A stretch of DNA of 64,000 nucleotides from an uncultured Acidobacteriota bacterium (GTDB lineage: Bacteria; Acidobacteriota; Blastocatellia; RBC074). Position 1 is the first letter of the stretch. Every line of letters begins with the position of its first letter. The notes below the pieces were generated by a model. It saw only the letters and a list, made by a program, of their open reading frames with translations, did no database searches and was not told where the DNA came from. Below, piece by piece: positions 1 through 8,527 of the stretch. The position numbers and the translations under genes are program-made. The stretch lies in contig CAWCKY010000002.1 of the NCBI GenBank assembly GCA_963796275.1, positions 32,001 to 96,000 on the forward strand, in the 5' to 3' direction.

Positions 1-122
1 GAATGCCGTCGGTCTTCGATCGCCGTGGCAGTCAGTCCGGTGAAGACCGAGTACAGTCACTGAATCTCCTGATCGGCGTTGCCATTCTTCTGAAGAATGC
101 GTCAAGACTGAAAGCGCAATTC

Positions 123-3100
123 CTATTCGTGAACAAAGAAAGGGACTTTTCCTTGAACCATCGCTCCGCGCATATTGAGCATCAATTGATTCGCCCAATT
201 CTTTGCGCCCGCCTGCGCCGTTCGTGGAACGAATTTTCCGTCTTTCCAGACCTTTCCAACCAAGTCCCCGCGTTCGGGACGGATCATTGCGACGTGCCCG
301 ATCCCGCCTGGATTTTTCAACACTGCAACCGCCGGCAAGCCGAAGTTGGCAAACTGTTGGGCGACGTAACTCGGTTGCAAGAGCAACGGGGGAGAGGAAT
401 GTACGCTTCCGGCGATTCGCTCAGCAGCCTGGCGTAAATTGGCGGTGATTGCTGGGGCGTTAAGCTGCTGTCCGCCGCCCGCTTGGGATCGGGCGTGGAT
501 CCAATTGCAGAGAGCATTATCGATCGGAATCCATCCTCGGATACGACCGTTACTGCGCAGCCAGTCCACTGTTGCGTTAGCATTTAGCTCAGTCCACTGT
601 TTAGAATCGCGCTGATCGCAGTTGGGAAACCGTGATCGGCAAACCCAGTGAGGAATGCTTGCCCACATCGCACGCGTGACATCGTGAACATAGATGTTGC
701 AATAAGTAGGGCCTTTGGGAACGCGTCGGTAGCGAGCATTTTCGGGAACAGACCTATCGCTCTCGCCGACGTTGAAGTAATCGAGAACAGCTTCGTAATT
801 CGCCTTGCCACGATTCGATGGATTGTTCCACGGCGCGTCCTTGTCAATGATGTCACGACTCTTTCCTCGCTCAGGCCAGCATCTACCAGTGCCGGATGAG
901 CAGATGGTTCCTGTGATCCCTTTCAGCGGGCCTTCTACAGGCGGAACAGTAGCCGACGATTGAGCAGGTTTTGTGGTGGGGGTTGAGGGCGATCCCCAGC
1001 GCCCGAACCTGTCTGTGATCCCTCCCCATTCCAATTCCTGACTTGGCTGTGCGGGAGCCGCCGGCAACCGCGTTTGCAAGGTCGTTCCCAACCGTTCCTG
1101 CCAGTGATGAATCGGGACCCAATTGTGCCCCTTCGCTGCGGAACGCGAGACGAAGATGTTGGGAACCTTTTTCTGTTTGAGCTTCTCGGACCGCACGCGC
1201 GTGCTGCTTTGATAATGAATGAAGAGCCGCGCGTCGGGGCGCGACTTGGCCCATTGCGCCCAGAGGTTTTCGTCGCCGGTGAAGTAGAGGCAATCGAAAC
1301 CCCAACACTCTTTGATGTGACTGGCGTAGCGGCTCTTGCCCATCGCCAATTGACGCATTGGCAGCCCGCCGCCTGAATGGCAGGCGAGGATGAGGTTGCC
1401 GAGTTGCGGACGCTGACCCTGATACGGACCGTGCGTCGCCAGCGCGGCCAGCGCCTGGTCAACGTATTTGTCTAGCCCGCCCGGTTGCGCCAGCCATCCG
1501 GTCTGCGTTTGCGAGCGCGGGCCGAGCGTCGGCGCGACGAGAAGGAAATTCTTCCCGCTTCGATTCAGTCCCTCGCGCAGAGGCCAGGTTGGGAAGTGGC
1601 TCCGGTTCCAGTAGCTGTTGACTGTCAGGTCGGCTTTAGGCTTAACGCCATGCAGGTAGATGATCAAGTCCACTTTCGGCTCCGGTCGGAAGTTCTGCGG
1701 GATGAAGATGCCCGTCATGGGCTTAGCGGGCCGTTCGGCGCCGAGGGGAATGCTGACGTAGAGCGTCTGGCCCGGCGGCGTCTGCTCCTGACCGATCAGG
1801 CTTGGTGCGGCAGCTGGCGCCGTGAATTCGTCGTGGATCGGACCGATCCCTTCATCCTCGAATTCCTCTTCAAACTCCTGGAATTCTTGGAAGATTTCAG
1901 ACTGTGGCGAAGCTTGAGGGTTGTATTCCCAATGCCACGGCTCACGTTCGTAGGGGTAGAAGCCGAAGCGGCGCGCATTCGCAACCAACCAGCGGTAGGC
2001 AGGCAAAGTCCGCAAATTGGCGACGTCGCCGCTGGAATTTTTTCCGCCCAGATAGATGTCAATGGCGCGGCCGCTCTGATGTGCACTCCCGCCGGGCGGC
2101 GCCACCCATTTGCGCGCCTCTTCCGGAGAGCCGTATTTTTGGAGGGCAGTTGCCCAGAGCCGAGCCTGGTGGGCTGGATCGCGGAAGCCGCTGGTCAGTT
2201 GCAGCAAGGGCGCTTTGATCCCGTCCGCCCTAGCCGCGCATTGCATCGCGTCGAGCGCCTTTGCCGTCAGCCTATGCAGTGGAACAGTGCCGCCGAAGGC
2301 GCGTTTGACGAGAACTATATTGCTAGCATGCGGAGCGGTCTTATTCTTCACGCGACCGCCGCCCGGATTTTCTAGCACCACCGGCGTGAATGATGCACAG
2401 ACACCGGCTGATTCAAACTCCACGGTAGGGTCTGCTGCCTCAAATTCGAACTCCGTCAGACCGGGAAAGAGCGAAGACAGCCACGGAATCTCCTTATCGG
2501 CATCGCCATCCTTCGCTGCATCGGCAGAGCTGTTACTTGTCGCCGCATCATTCGACGCTGCGCCTGGGGGACCGTTACTCGTGGCGGCATCACCGGGAGC
2601 GCCATCAGGCGGAGCGCCGGCCGCGGCGCCGTTTGTCTTTGCACTGGCGCCGCCGCGCGTCGCGGCCACGAGCGCCTGTTCGGTATCGGGGCCGACTATG
2701 CCCGTCACCGGGAGATTTTCCCGGCCTTGAAAGCTGCGAACGGCTGCGCGCGTGGGCGCACCCATTACGCCGTCGATGGGTAGGTTTAATTTAAGAAGAT
2801 TATTCAATGAGACTTGTACCCATCGGACGCGCTCGTTGCCTCTGCGTGCCTGATCGTCGCCTACTCTTTCTGGCCTCTCCGGAGGCGGCTGCGGACCGCC
2901 CGAAGGCGCGGAATCCTGCCGAGGCTCCTGAGGAGTGGGTTCAAGCCGAATGCCCGGCCACGCCGGAAAAGGAATAAGGCCAGCCGGGCGTTTGATCCGG
3001 CGTCGAGGCCGTTTGCCCGCCTGCTGTTTGCGTCCGCCGGCGAATTTGCGCTCGGTAATGGATTTGCGCCTGGCAATGGATTTGCGCGCGGCAATAGATT

Positions 3101-3263
3101 TTTGCCTGGCAGTGGGCTTGCGCGCGGAAGAAGCTGTGCGCCTCGATCTTCTGAGCTCGTCCTCATCTTCTTGTTCGTAATTGGAGTGCTGCGAGCCGAA
3201 TTCCTCTTCTTCGTAATTAAAGGGCTGCGAGCCGAAAGCTTTAAGTTCAAATCTGTTGTTCAT
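123..3263 (-). CDS. Multidomain cell-wall hydrolase-like protein (PG-binding + M15B D,D-carboxypeptidase + alpha/beta hydrolase + Cys-His amidase-like domain)
   Basis: 1046-aa ORF. PG_binding_1 pattern (VRWVQVSLN..IDGVMGAPTRAAVRSFQ..LPVTGIVGPDT); VanY-type motifs SGFR, SAHQSGRAID, EPWHWEY; nucleophile elbow ACHSGGG; C-terminal TYCNIYVHD..GHVAMIRP. No signal peptide. Confidence 0.85.
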   Translation of the reverse strand: MNNRFELKAFGSQPFNYEEEEFGSQHSNYEQEDEDELRRSRRTASSARKPTARQKSIAARKSIARRKSITERKFAGGRKQQAGKRPRRRIKRPAGLIPFPAWPGIRLEPTPQEPRQDSAPSGGPQPPPERPERVGDDQARRGNERVRWVQVSLNNLLKLNLPIDGVMGAPTRAAVRSFQGRENLPVTGIVGPDTEQALVAATRGGASAKTNGAAAGAPPDGAPGDAATSNGPPGAASNDAATSNSSADAAKDGDADKEIPWLSSLFPGLTEFEFEAADPTVEFESAGVCASFTPVVLENPGGGRVKNKTAPHASNIVLVKRAFGGTVPLHRLTAKALDAMQCAARADGIKAPLLQLTSGFRDPAHQARLWATALQKYGSPEEARKWVAPPGGSAHQSGRAIDIYLGGKNSSGDVANLRTLPAYRWLVANARRFGFYPYEREPWHWEYNPQASPQSEIFQEFQEFEEEFEDEGIGPIHDEFTAPAAAPSLIGQEQTPPGQTLYVSIPLGAERPAKPMTGIFIPQNFRPEPKVDLIIYLHGVKPKADLTVNSYWNRSHFPTWPLREGLNRSGKNFLLVAPTLGPRSQTQTGWLAQPGGLDKYVDQALAALATHGPYQGQRPQLGNLILACHSGGGLPMRQLAMGKSRYASHIKECWGFDCLYFTGDENLWAQWAKSRPDARLFIHYQSSTRVRSEKLKQKKVPNIFVSRSAAKGHNWVPIHHWQERLGTTLQTRLPAAPAQPSQELEWGGITDRFGRWGSPSTPTTKPAQSSATVPPVEGPLKGITGTICSSGTGRCWPERGKSRDIIDKDAPWNNPSNRGKANYEAVLDYFNVGESDRSVPENARYRRVPKGPTYCNIYVHDVTRAMWASIPHWVCRSRFPNCDQRDSKQWTELNANATVDWLRSNGRIRGWIPIDNALCNWIHARSQAGGGQQLNAPAITANLRQAAERIAGSVHSSPPLLLQPSYVAQQFANFGLPAVAVLKNPGGIGHVAMIRPERGDLVGKVWKDGKFVPRTAQAGAKNWANQLMLNMRGAMVQGKVPFFVHE

Positions 3264-3443
3264 CTTTGCCTCTCATTCCTCGCCTTCGCCGCTCCGTGGG
3301 AGCAGGAGGCGCCGATCTATGTGGGTATACCTGTGAGTGCGACCACAGGAACCGTGGCGCACATGCACCGGGAGCCGCGAAGAGGCGATACAGAACTCGG
3401 TTTGTCGCCCCTTCGGGGCCGGGGATTTGGTGATCAATCGTCG

Positions 3444-5147
3444 TCACTTTTTCCCGGACGACTTGGCCGGGATGAGCGCCCGGCGGCGCGACGCGGGCAG
3501 CGCGGAGGAACCGGCCTCTCCGGCTGGCAGCGCTTCGCGCACCGGAGCTGGAAGGCTGCCGCGTGTGCTTTGCCTGGCCAGCCGCTCGCGCAACAGCGTC
3601 GACGGTTGAACGTAACGAGTCGCGGCCCCTCTGGTATCCACAATGTCTTCCGACAGGTCGACGCCGGTGGCCGTTTGGTAGGCGTGGATGTAGTTCTGGA
3701 TTTCGGGCCTCCAGTAGCGCGCCCAGTTCTTGGCGGCCTCCTGGTCGTTGATGACGCTCCAGTCGCCGTAGCGGACCGACAGGATGACCTGCTCGCCGTA
3801 AACCGACAGATTGCGGAAGTGTGTGATCGTAGTGTCGGTCCAGCCCTGCAGCTTCTTCATCGAATCGACCTGCCCCATCCAGCGTTCGTGGTATGGGACC
3901 ATCGCGCGGCCACGCAGGAATTCGCGCATCTCGGGCCTGGCCAGCATCCACTGCATTGTCAGCATCTCGGCGCGTGCCGTCCACGGCAGGTCGCCGAACT
4001 GGTTGTGCGCGCCTTCAGCCAGCAGCAGGTGAACTTCGCGCAGCGAGTTGAGCAGCGGGAAGCCGTCCGCGATGACCGTCGTGTGGGAGTCTTCGTGGTA
4101 GAACCACGACGCGCGGTGAAGCAGGCCATGAAAGGCCTCGATGAATTTCGAACGGCTGTCGGCGGAGCGCAGTTCTGGCACGGCCTTTCCCTCAAGCCGT
4201 AGCCCGTAAAGGTGGTCATACTCGTAGGCGCGACGCGGTACAGTCAGGCGGTTGTACTCGTCCTGGATAAACCCCCAGAGCAGGTTGTTGAGTGGCCGCA
4301 GCGCGTCCAGCTCAAGGTTGGCCAGAGGGTCGTTCTCCACCGGGCCGCGCTTATTCTGGAAGCGTAGGCAGATGGCGTTCATTGTTTGGACCAGCATGCC
4401 CTCTTCATTCCAGTACGACCAGATCAATTCGAGCAGGCTTGGGCTACTGAACCGGTTGAGCAGCAGTTGCTCGCAGTAGTGTAGCTGCTGCGCGTTCGTG
4501 CTGACTAGCGCGTCGACGATGCGCCGGAGGTAGGGCAGGCGCGCGCCGCCCGGCAAGGTCGAGCCGAGGTAGTCGTTGAGCCGGCAGCGGATCTCGTTGA
4601 AATTGACATTTTCGCCGAGTCTCCCCTCTTCGCCTGGAACGGTGCCGTTCGGGTCAATGTCGGGTTCGCCGGTCGATGGATTTCTGGGGGGTTTGACGGC
4701 GACGCCCGCCTCGCAGAGCAGGAAGGCCTGCGTCGCCGCCTTGAGCATATTGTAGGCGTCTACCCCGTAGACGCTCGGGGCGGCCAGCAGATCACCCTTT
4801 CGATCATAAATCGAGGGGGCGCTGATCTCGCCCAGTGAAGGACCATCCACGCTGGGAGCTGTGTCAGCCGCTTCTGCCGGTTCAAGCGAGCCTCCCGGGG
4901 TATCCTCGACGCCCAGGACGCGGTCGATGAAGAACCGGTAATTGTCGAAGCCGATGGCCTCGGTGCGATTGCGGATCGCGGCCCAGAGCACCTGGTCGGG
5001 CGTCTGTGCGACATCGGGCCGCGTGAGGCTGACCCGGAGCGGTGGCCGTGGCGGTCCACCCCTGACGACGATGCAGTCTGCTAGTTGATTTTTCTGGGTA
5101 TCGATCGGGAGATCGCCCCCGGTTTGAATATCGATGTTGTTTGCCAT
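3444..5147 (-). CDS. Hypothetical protein, 567 aa, function unknown
   Basis: Long ORF with GGAGG RBS overlapping the upstream stop; W/Y-rich globular C-terminal 350 aa; no catalytic motif recognised. Confidence 0.8.
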   Translation of the reverse strand: MANNIDIQTGGDLPIDTQKNQLADCIVVRGGPPRPPLRVSLTRPDVAQTPDQVLWAAIRNRTEAIGFDNYRFFIDRVLGVEDTPGGSLEPAEAADTAPSVDGPSLGEISAPSIYDRKGDLLAAPSVYGVDAYNMLKAATQAFLLCEAGVAVKPPRNPSTGEPDIDPNGTVPGEEGRLGENVNFNEIRCRLNDYLGSTLPGGARLPYLRRIVDALVSTNAQQLHYCEQLLLNRFSSPSLLELIWSYWNEEGMLVQTMNAICLRFQNKRGPVENDPLANLELDALRPLNNLLWGFIQDEYNRLTVPRRAYEYDHLYGLRLEGKAVPELRSADSRSKFIEAFHGLLHRASWFYHEDSHTTVIADGFPLLNSLREVHLLLAEGAHNQFGDLPWTARAEMLTMQWMLARPEMREFLRGRAMVPYHERWMGQVDSMKKLQGWTDTTITHFRNLSVYGEQVILSVRYGDWSVINDQEAAKNWARYWRPEIQNYIHAYQTATGVDLSEDIVDTRGAATRYVQPSTLLRERLARQSTRGSLPAPVREALPAGEAGSSALPASRRRALIPAKSSGKK

Positions 5148-5156
5148 ATTGCCTCC

Positions 5157-6509
5157 TTAAATTTTGGCGAATGAAAATGATGGCGCGGCCAGCCGGCTCC
5201 GCGATGGTTTAGCGCAATTGATTTTGTGATTGAGCGAGTCGCGCAAAGCCCAGTAAGTGAGCATCTTTGACAAGACCCGGCTCACTTCTTCCGGGCCGAT
5301 CAGGCCTTCGAAGAGGGCCTGACCGATCACCGCGAACACCATTGCCGGCGAGGCCCGGTACATCTGAGCAGGCTGTGCCCGCCAGGATTGAAAATGTTCC
5401 CCTAAACGCGTGGGCTGTCGCTCGTCCGTTTGCAGGACTTCTTCGAGCGAAGCGCCGCGAAGAGCCTTTGGCCGGTGGTGGGCGAAGATCGTCGCCAGAG
5501 CCGGCATAGTCTTTTCGAGCAGCGCGAGAGTGCGGCGCTTCTCGCGATCTCGATCGTCCGGCGGGTAATAAGCGAGCCAGGTCTGTTCCAGCCTGTCCCA
5601 TTGCGGGTGCGGGAAGAGCGCCCGCCCGATGGCGATGCTCAAACGCACCCGGATCCAGGGAACCGGGTGCGGGTCGTCCAGATTCAGCCGGAAGACGAAG
5701 TACCGCGGCAGAGTCACGACTCCCATCAGCCCCAGCGTCGAGGTGATCCCAACTCTGGCAACCGACCAGAAATCGGCGAGGATCTCCGAGATGCAACGAT
5801 CCCAATATGCCCAAGCCTCGCTCTCCTCGCCGCCGTTGCGCTGCAACCCGCGCAGCACTTGCCTGATCGAATCGATCAGGCCGAGCAGCGCCGCGGCCTG
5901 ATGTCCGACTTCATGGATCAGCGACGACGCGATTCCGCTCCCCACCATTCGCTCACGCGGCACCCGGATGATGGCTACGGGGTTTTCGCCCCCGCCCGGC
6001 AGCCGCGTCCTTGCCCTACGGATCGCCGCGCCGTGCCCGCGATCCAGGTAACAGACCAAGCCGGGCGCCCGGTAGTAATCGCCCGACACCGAAAGGGCGT
6101 CCGCCGCGACGGCGTCCAGTCCCGACAGCCAAACCCCGGTTTCGTGCTCGCTGCGCTGCGTCAGCGCGTCAGCGAAGATGTCGAATTGGGACAACGTGAC
6201 GTTGAACTGAAGTCGCAGCATTCTGAAACGCTGGTGCGCCACTTCGATCGAAGCCGATTGCCCTGCTGGACCGCGCAGCCAGTCGAGGTAGCGGAGCACC
6301 AGCCGGTGGAGTTTGCCCCGGCCATCGATCAGGTAACGGTCGATGGCGCTCAGCAAACCCGGGGACAGTGCCGCCGCCGGGACCATCGTTTCGTGTAGGG
6401 CGAACGGCTTGACCTGACCCAGTCGTGACAGTAAGGCCTGTGCCTCCTGATCGAGCAGACCGAGGGCTGGTGAACGGGCCAGGAATGATTTGGCGAGTGT
6501 GGCGGTCAT
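5157..6509 (-). CDS. Putative zinc metallopeptidase (HEXXH)
   Basis: LIHEVGH, downstream EILAD (third ligand) and DPHP..WIR (M48-like HP..R); starts 3 nt after the upstream stop. Confidence 0.75.
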   Translation of the reverse strand: MTATLAKSFLARSPALGLLDQEAQALLSRLGQVKPFALHETMVPAAALSPGLLSAIDRYLIDGRGKLHRLVLRYLDWLRGPAGQSASIEVAHQRFRMLRLQFNVTLSQFDIFADALTQRSEHETGVWLSGLDAVAADALSVSGDYYRAPGLVCYLDRGHGAAIRRARTRLPGGGENPVAIIRVPRERMVGSGIASSLIHEVGHQAAALLGLIDSIRQVLRGLQRNGGEESEAWAYWDRCISEILADFWSVARVGITSTLGLMGVVTLPRYFVFRLNLDDPHPVPWIRVRLSIAIGRALFPHPQWDRLEQTWLAYYPPDDRDREKRRTLALLEKTMPALATIFAHHRPKALRGASLEEVLQTDERQPTRLGEHFQSWRAQPAQMYRASPAMVFAVIGQALFEGLIGPEEVSRVLSKMLTYWALRDSLNHKINCAKPSRSRLAAPSFSFAKI

Positions 6510-6512
6510 GGC

Positions 6513-7283
6513 TCAGGCCCCCATAATGACAATGGATTTACCGCGACGGATCCAACGCCCGGTGGCTTTATGCGAACACCTCTTGCCGTTGGTGTGACCT
6601 TCGGGCCTGCCGGCGGTTTGGCTCGCGGCTGGGCGGAGCAATCCGGGGGCGTGCTCTTGGGCGGCGGACGTCAGCGCGGCTTGCGCGGCCTGCAGCGGCG
6701 GCATCGATCCAGGGGCCTGAGCGGCGTTCTGTGCGGCGGCGCCTGACAGGCGAACCACCTGCTTGGCGACCTCGAACTCCTGGTCTTCGTAGCTCAACCC
6801 TTCAAGCTCCAGCCCTAACATTTGGCCCCCGGCCGAGGCTAACTGGCCCCCAATGGCGCCCCCGACGCCCGGCAAAAGGAAGTTGCCTGCGGCGCTGCCC
6901 AGCATCGGCATAGCCGTCTTGGCGACGCCCTTTAACGCCCCACCTAAAGCGCGACCGACCGGCGACTCGATAGCTTTACCAAACTTGCGGCCGATCTTTT
7001 TGAAGAGTTTACCGATGAACTGATCCAGCTCGGCCTCGTTCGAGATGGTCAGCAACTCAGCCGCCAGCTCCATCTCTTCTGCCTCGCTGAACGGGCTTTC
7101 CATCGCGTATTCGCCCATGTACTCGCCATCGGTTTCAGACTCCTCGTACTCCTCGCCTATGTATTCGCCGTCGGTTTCAGACTCGTGGTCGCCTTCAAGC
7201 TCGTATCCGAATTCGTCGGTCTCAAATTCACCGTCATACTCGCCGTAGTTCGACTCCAGGTTTGTGCGGTCAATGTTGTGCAT
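6513..7283 (-). CDS. Hypothetical protein with acidic N-terminus, cationic amphipathic helix and glycine zipper
   Basis: AAGGAG RBS; D/E-rich first 88 aa; FIGKLFKKIGRKFGKAI; GxxxG repeats; basic C-terminus GRWIRRGKSIVIMGA. Confidence 0.85.
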   Translation of the reverse strand: MHNIDRTNLESNYGEYDGEFETDEFGYELEGDHESETDGEYIGEEYEESETDGEYMGEYAMESPFSEAEEMELAAELLTISNEAELDQFIGKLFKKIGRKFGKAIESPVGRALGGALKGVAKTAMPMLGSAAGNFLLPGVGGAIGGQLASAGGQMLGLELEGLSYEDQEFEVAKQVVRLSGAAAQNAAQAPGSMPPLQAAQAALTSAAQEHAPGLLRPAASQTAGRPEGHTNGKRCSHKATGRWIRRGKSIVIMGA

Positions 7284-7369
7284 AAATTTCTCCTTGTTGA
7301 CTTCGTTGACTTCATAGACTTCGGTTTATGGTGCGGGCTGCCCGGATACCGAGCGGCGATCGTTGCTTC

Positions 7370-7385
7370 TGCATCGGGCGTGCCA
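7370..7385 (-). promoter_or_regulatory. sigma54 -24/-12 promoter
   Basis: Minus strand TGGCACGCCCGATGCA versus consensus TGGCACGNNNNTTGCW (one mismatch), about 90 bp upstream of the 7283 start. Confidence 0.8.
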
Positions 7386-7389
7386 GTGG

Positions 7390-7402
7390 TAAGTTATTGA
7401 TT
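7390..7402 (-). promoter_or_regulatory. IHF binding site
   Basis: Minus strand AATCAATAACTTA matches WATCAANNNNTTR exactly and lies between the sigma54 box and the repeat array. Confidence 0.7.
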
Positions 7403-7418
7403 TTTCGTGCGGTGAGGA

Positions 7419-7554
7419 CGAAAAGTGCCTCGATGAGGCGAAAAGTGCTTCGGTGAGGCGAGAAAAGTGCTTCGGTGAGACGAAAAGTGCTTTGGTGCAA
7501 CGTATGGTGCTTCGGTGAAGATGGAACTCGAGGAATCTGGCGAAGTTATCTTCG
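7419..7554. repeat. Phased ~20-bp tandem repeats (CGAA-N6-TTCG), candidate enhancer (UAS) array
   Basis: Copies at 7419, 7439, 7461, 7481, 7501 and 7541; core cgaaaagtgcttcg. Confidence 0.75.
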
Positions 7555-7649
7555 GAAGACCCTAACCCCCTGTTGCAGACCGTTCCATAAAATATGGTCG
7601 AATATGACTCATACTTTACGCCGGCGCTTTTGTTTATTTGCCGCCGGCA

Positions 7650-8046
7650 GTTTCGCTCTCTGATTGACGCGCGATTTGATCTCAGGCGCTCCGGCGCGTT
7701 CTAGAGTCGGCCCCGGAACGGTCACCGTCCTGATCTTCCCATCCTGAGATGAGGCATTCCGGTGTTCCAAGCGGGACTAGTACCTTTCGACAAGAATCAT
7801 CCTGACGGTCTCTTTAGGCGTATAAAGAGTGATCCTCGGATCATTGACTCTTGCCTTCTGGTTGATTGCCGCGATCACATCCGCATGGCCCGCGTGCCAG
7901 CATTTGACGCACTGAAACCTATCTCCCTTGCGATTCGCCTTACTCAAATAACCGCAAGCGGGACAGGTTTGCGAGCTGTATGCCGGATTGACCTGCTCTC
8001 GACGGCATCCTGCCGCCGACGCCTTGAAGCCGATCCTTTCCCTCAA
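7650..8046 (-). mobile_element. tnpB: tnpB 3' remnant with probable omegaRNA tail (lineage A)
   Basis: VNPAYSSQTCPACG..NRKGDRFQCVKCWH..HADVIAAIN (RuvC/zinc finger); downstream tail ends gtcaatcagagagcgaaac. Confidence 0.75.
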
Positions 8047-8194
8047 CGCGTGTCGATGCCAATAACTCTCATCGTCGGCGCCGTGATAACCTATATCAGA
8101 GATATGATCCTTAATGATCGTCCGAGTAAATCGTGAGTAACGTGAAACCGGGCCAGTGGTTTCGGGTAAGGAGAGAGTAATGCGCCTGCCGGCG

Positions 8195-8527
8195 TCAGAG
8201 CGGAAGTCGAGTTATTTGGCCAACCAGACTCTCCAGGTCGGTAGGCCACAGCGCGGCGAATGCGGCGGCATAATCCCGCCCACGTTGTTGTGGGATCGCC
8301 AAAAGAAGGATTCCGAATTGGGGCGTCACGTAACGGCCAAGCTACGCCGCGTCGAAGTCTTTGTCGCGTGTGATGAAAAGATCGAAGTCCGTGCGCGCTC
8401 GCGTCAAGAGGTCGCCGTTTTTAATGCCTTTCCAACCGATGAAGTTTACGGATTCGGCCGTGTGCCCGGCTGAGCGCAAGAACGGCTACACATCAACAGG
8501 GACGTTTTCGTCAAGCAGGATTCTCAT
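8195..8527 (-). pseudogene. DUF5615-like PIN toxin, inactivated
   Basis: MRILLDENVPVDV*PFLRSAGH..FITRDKDF with two in-frame TAG codons; start overlaps the antitoxin stop. Confidence 0.75.

Noticed and set aside
1915-2290. VanY-like domain as glycopeptide resistance
   Set aside because: It is embedded in a multi-hydrolase protein with no van genes or membrane anchor.
3405-3428. Hairpin gccccttcggggc between operon genes as a terminator
   Set aside because: Short stem with no U-tract on the coding strand; possibly REP-like but single copy here.
2814-4202. 462-aa plus-strand ORF and other long antisense ORFs (5430-6398, 19880-20689, 49422-50354)
   Set aside because: Shadow frames of well-supported genes in GC-rich DNA; no motifs.
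7419-7554. Possible CRISPR array
   Set aside because: The units are about 20 bp and adjacent, with no unique spacers and no cas genes. The position fits an enhancer.
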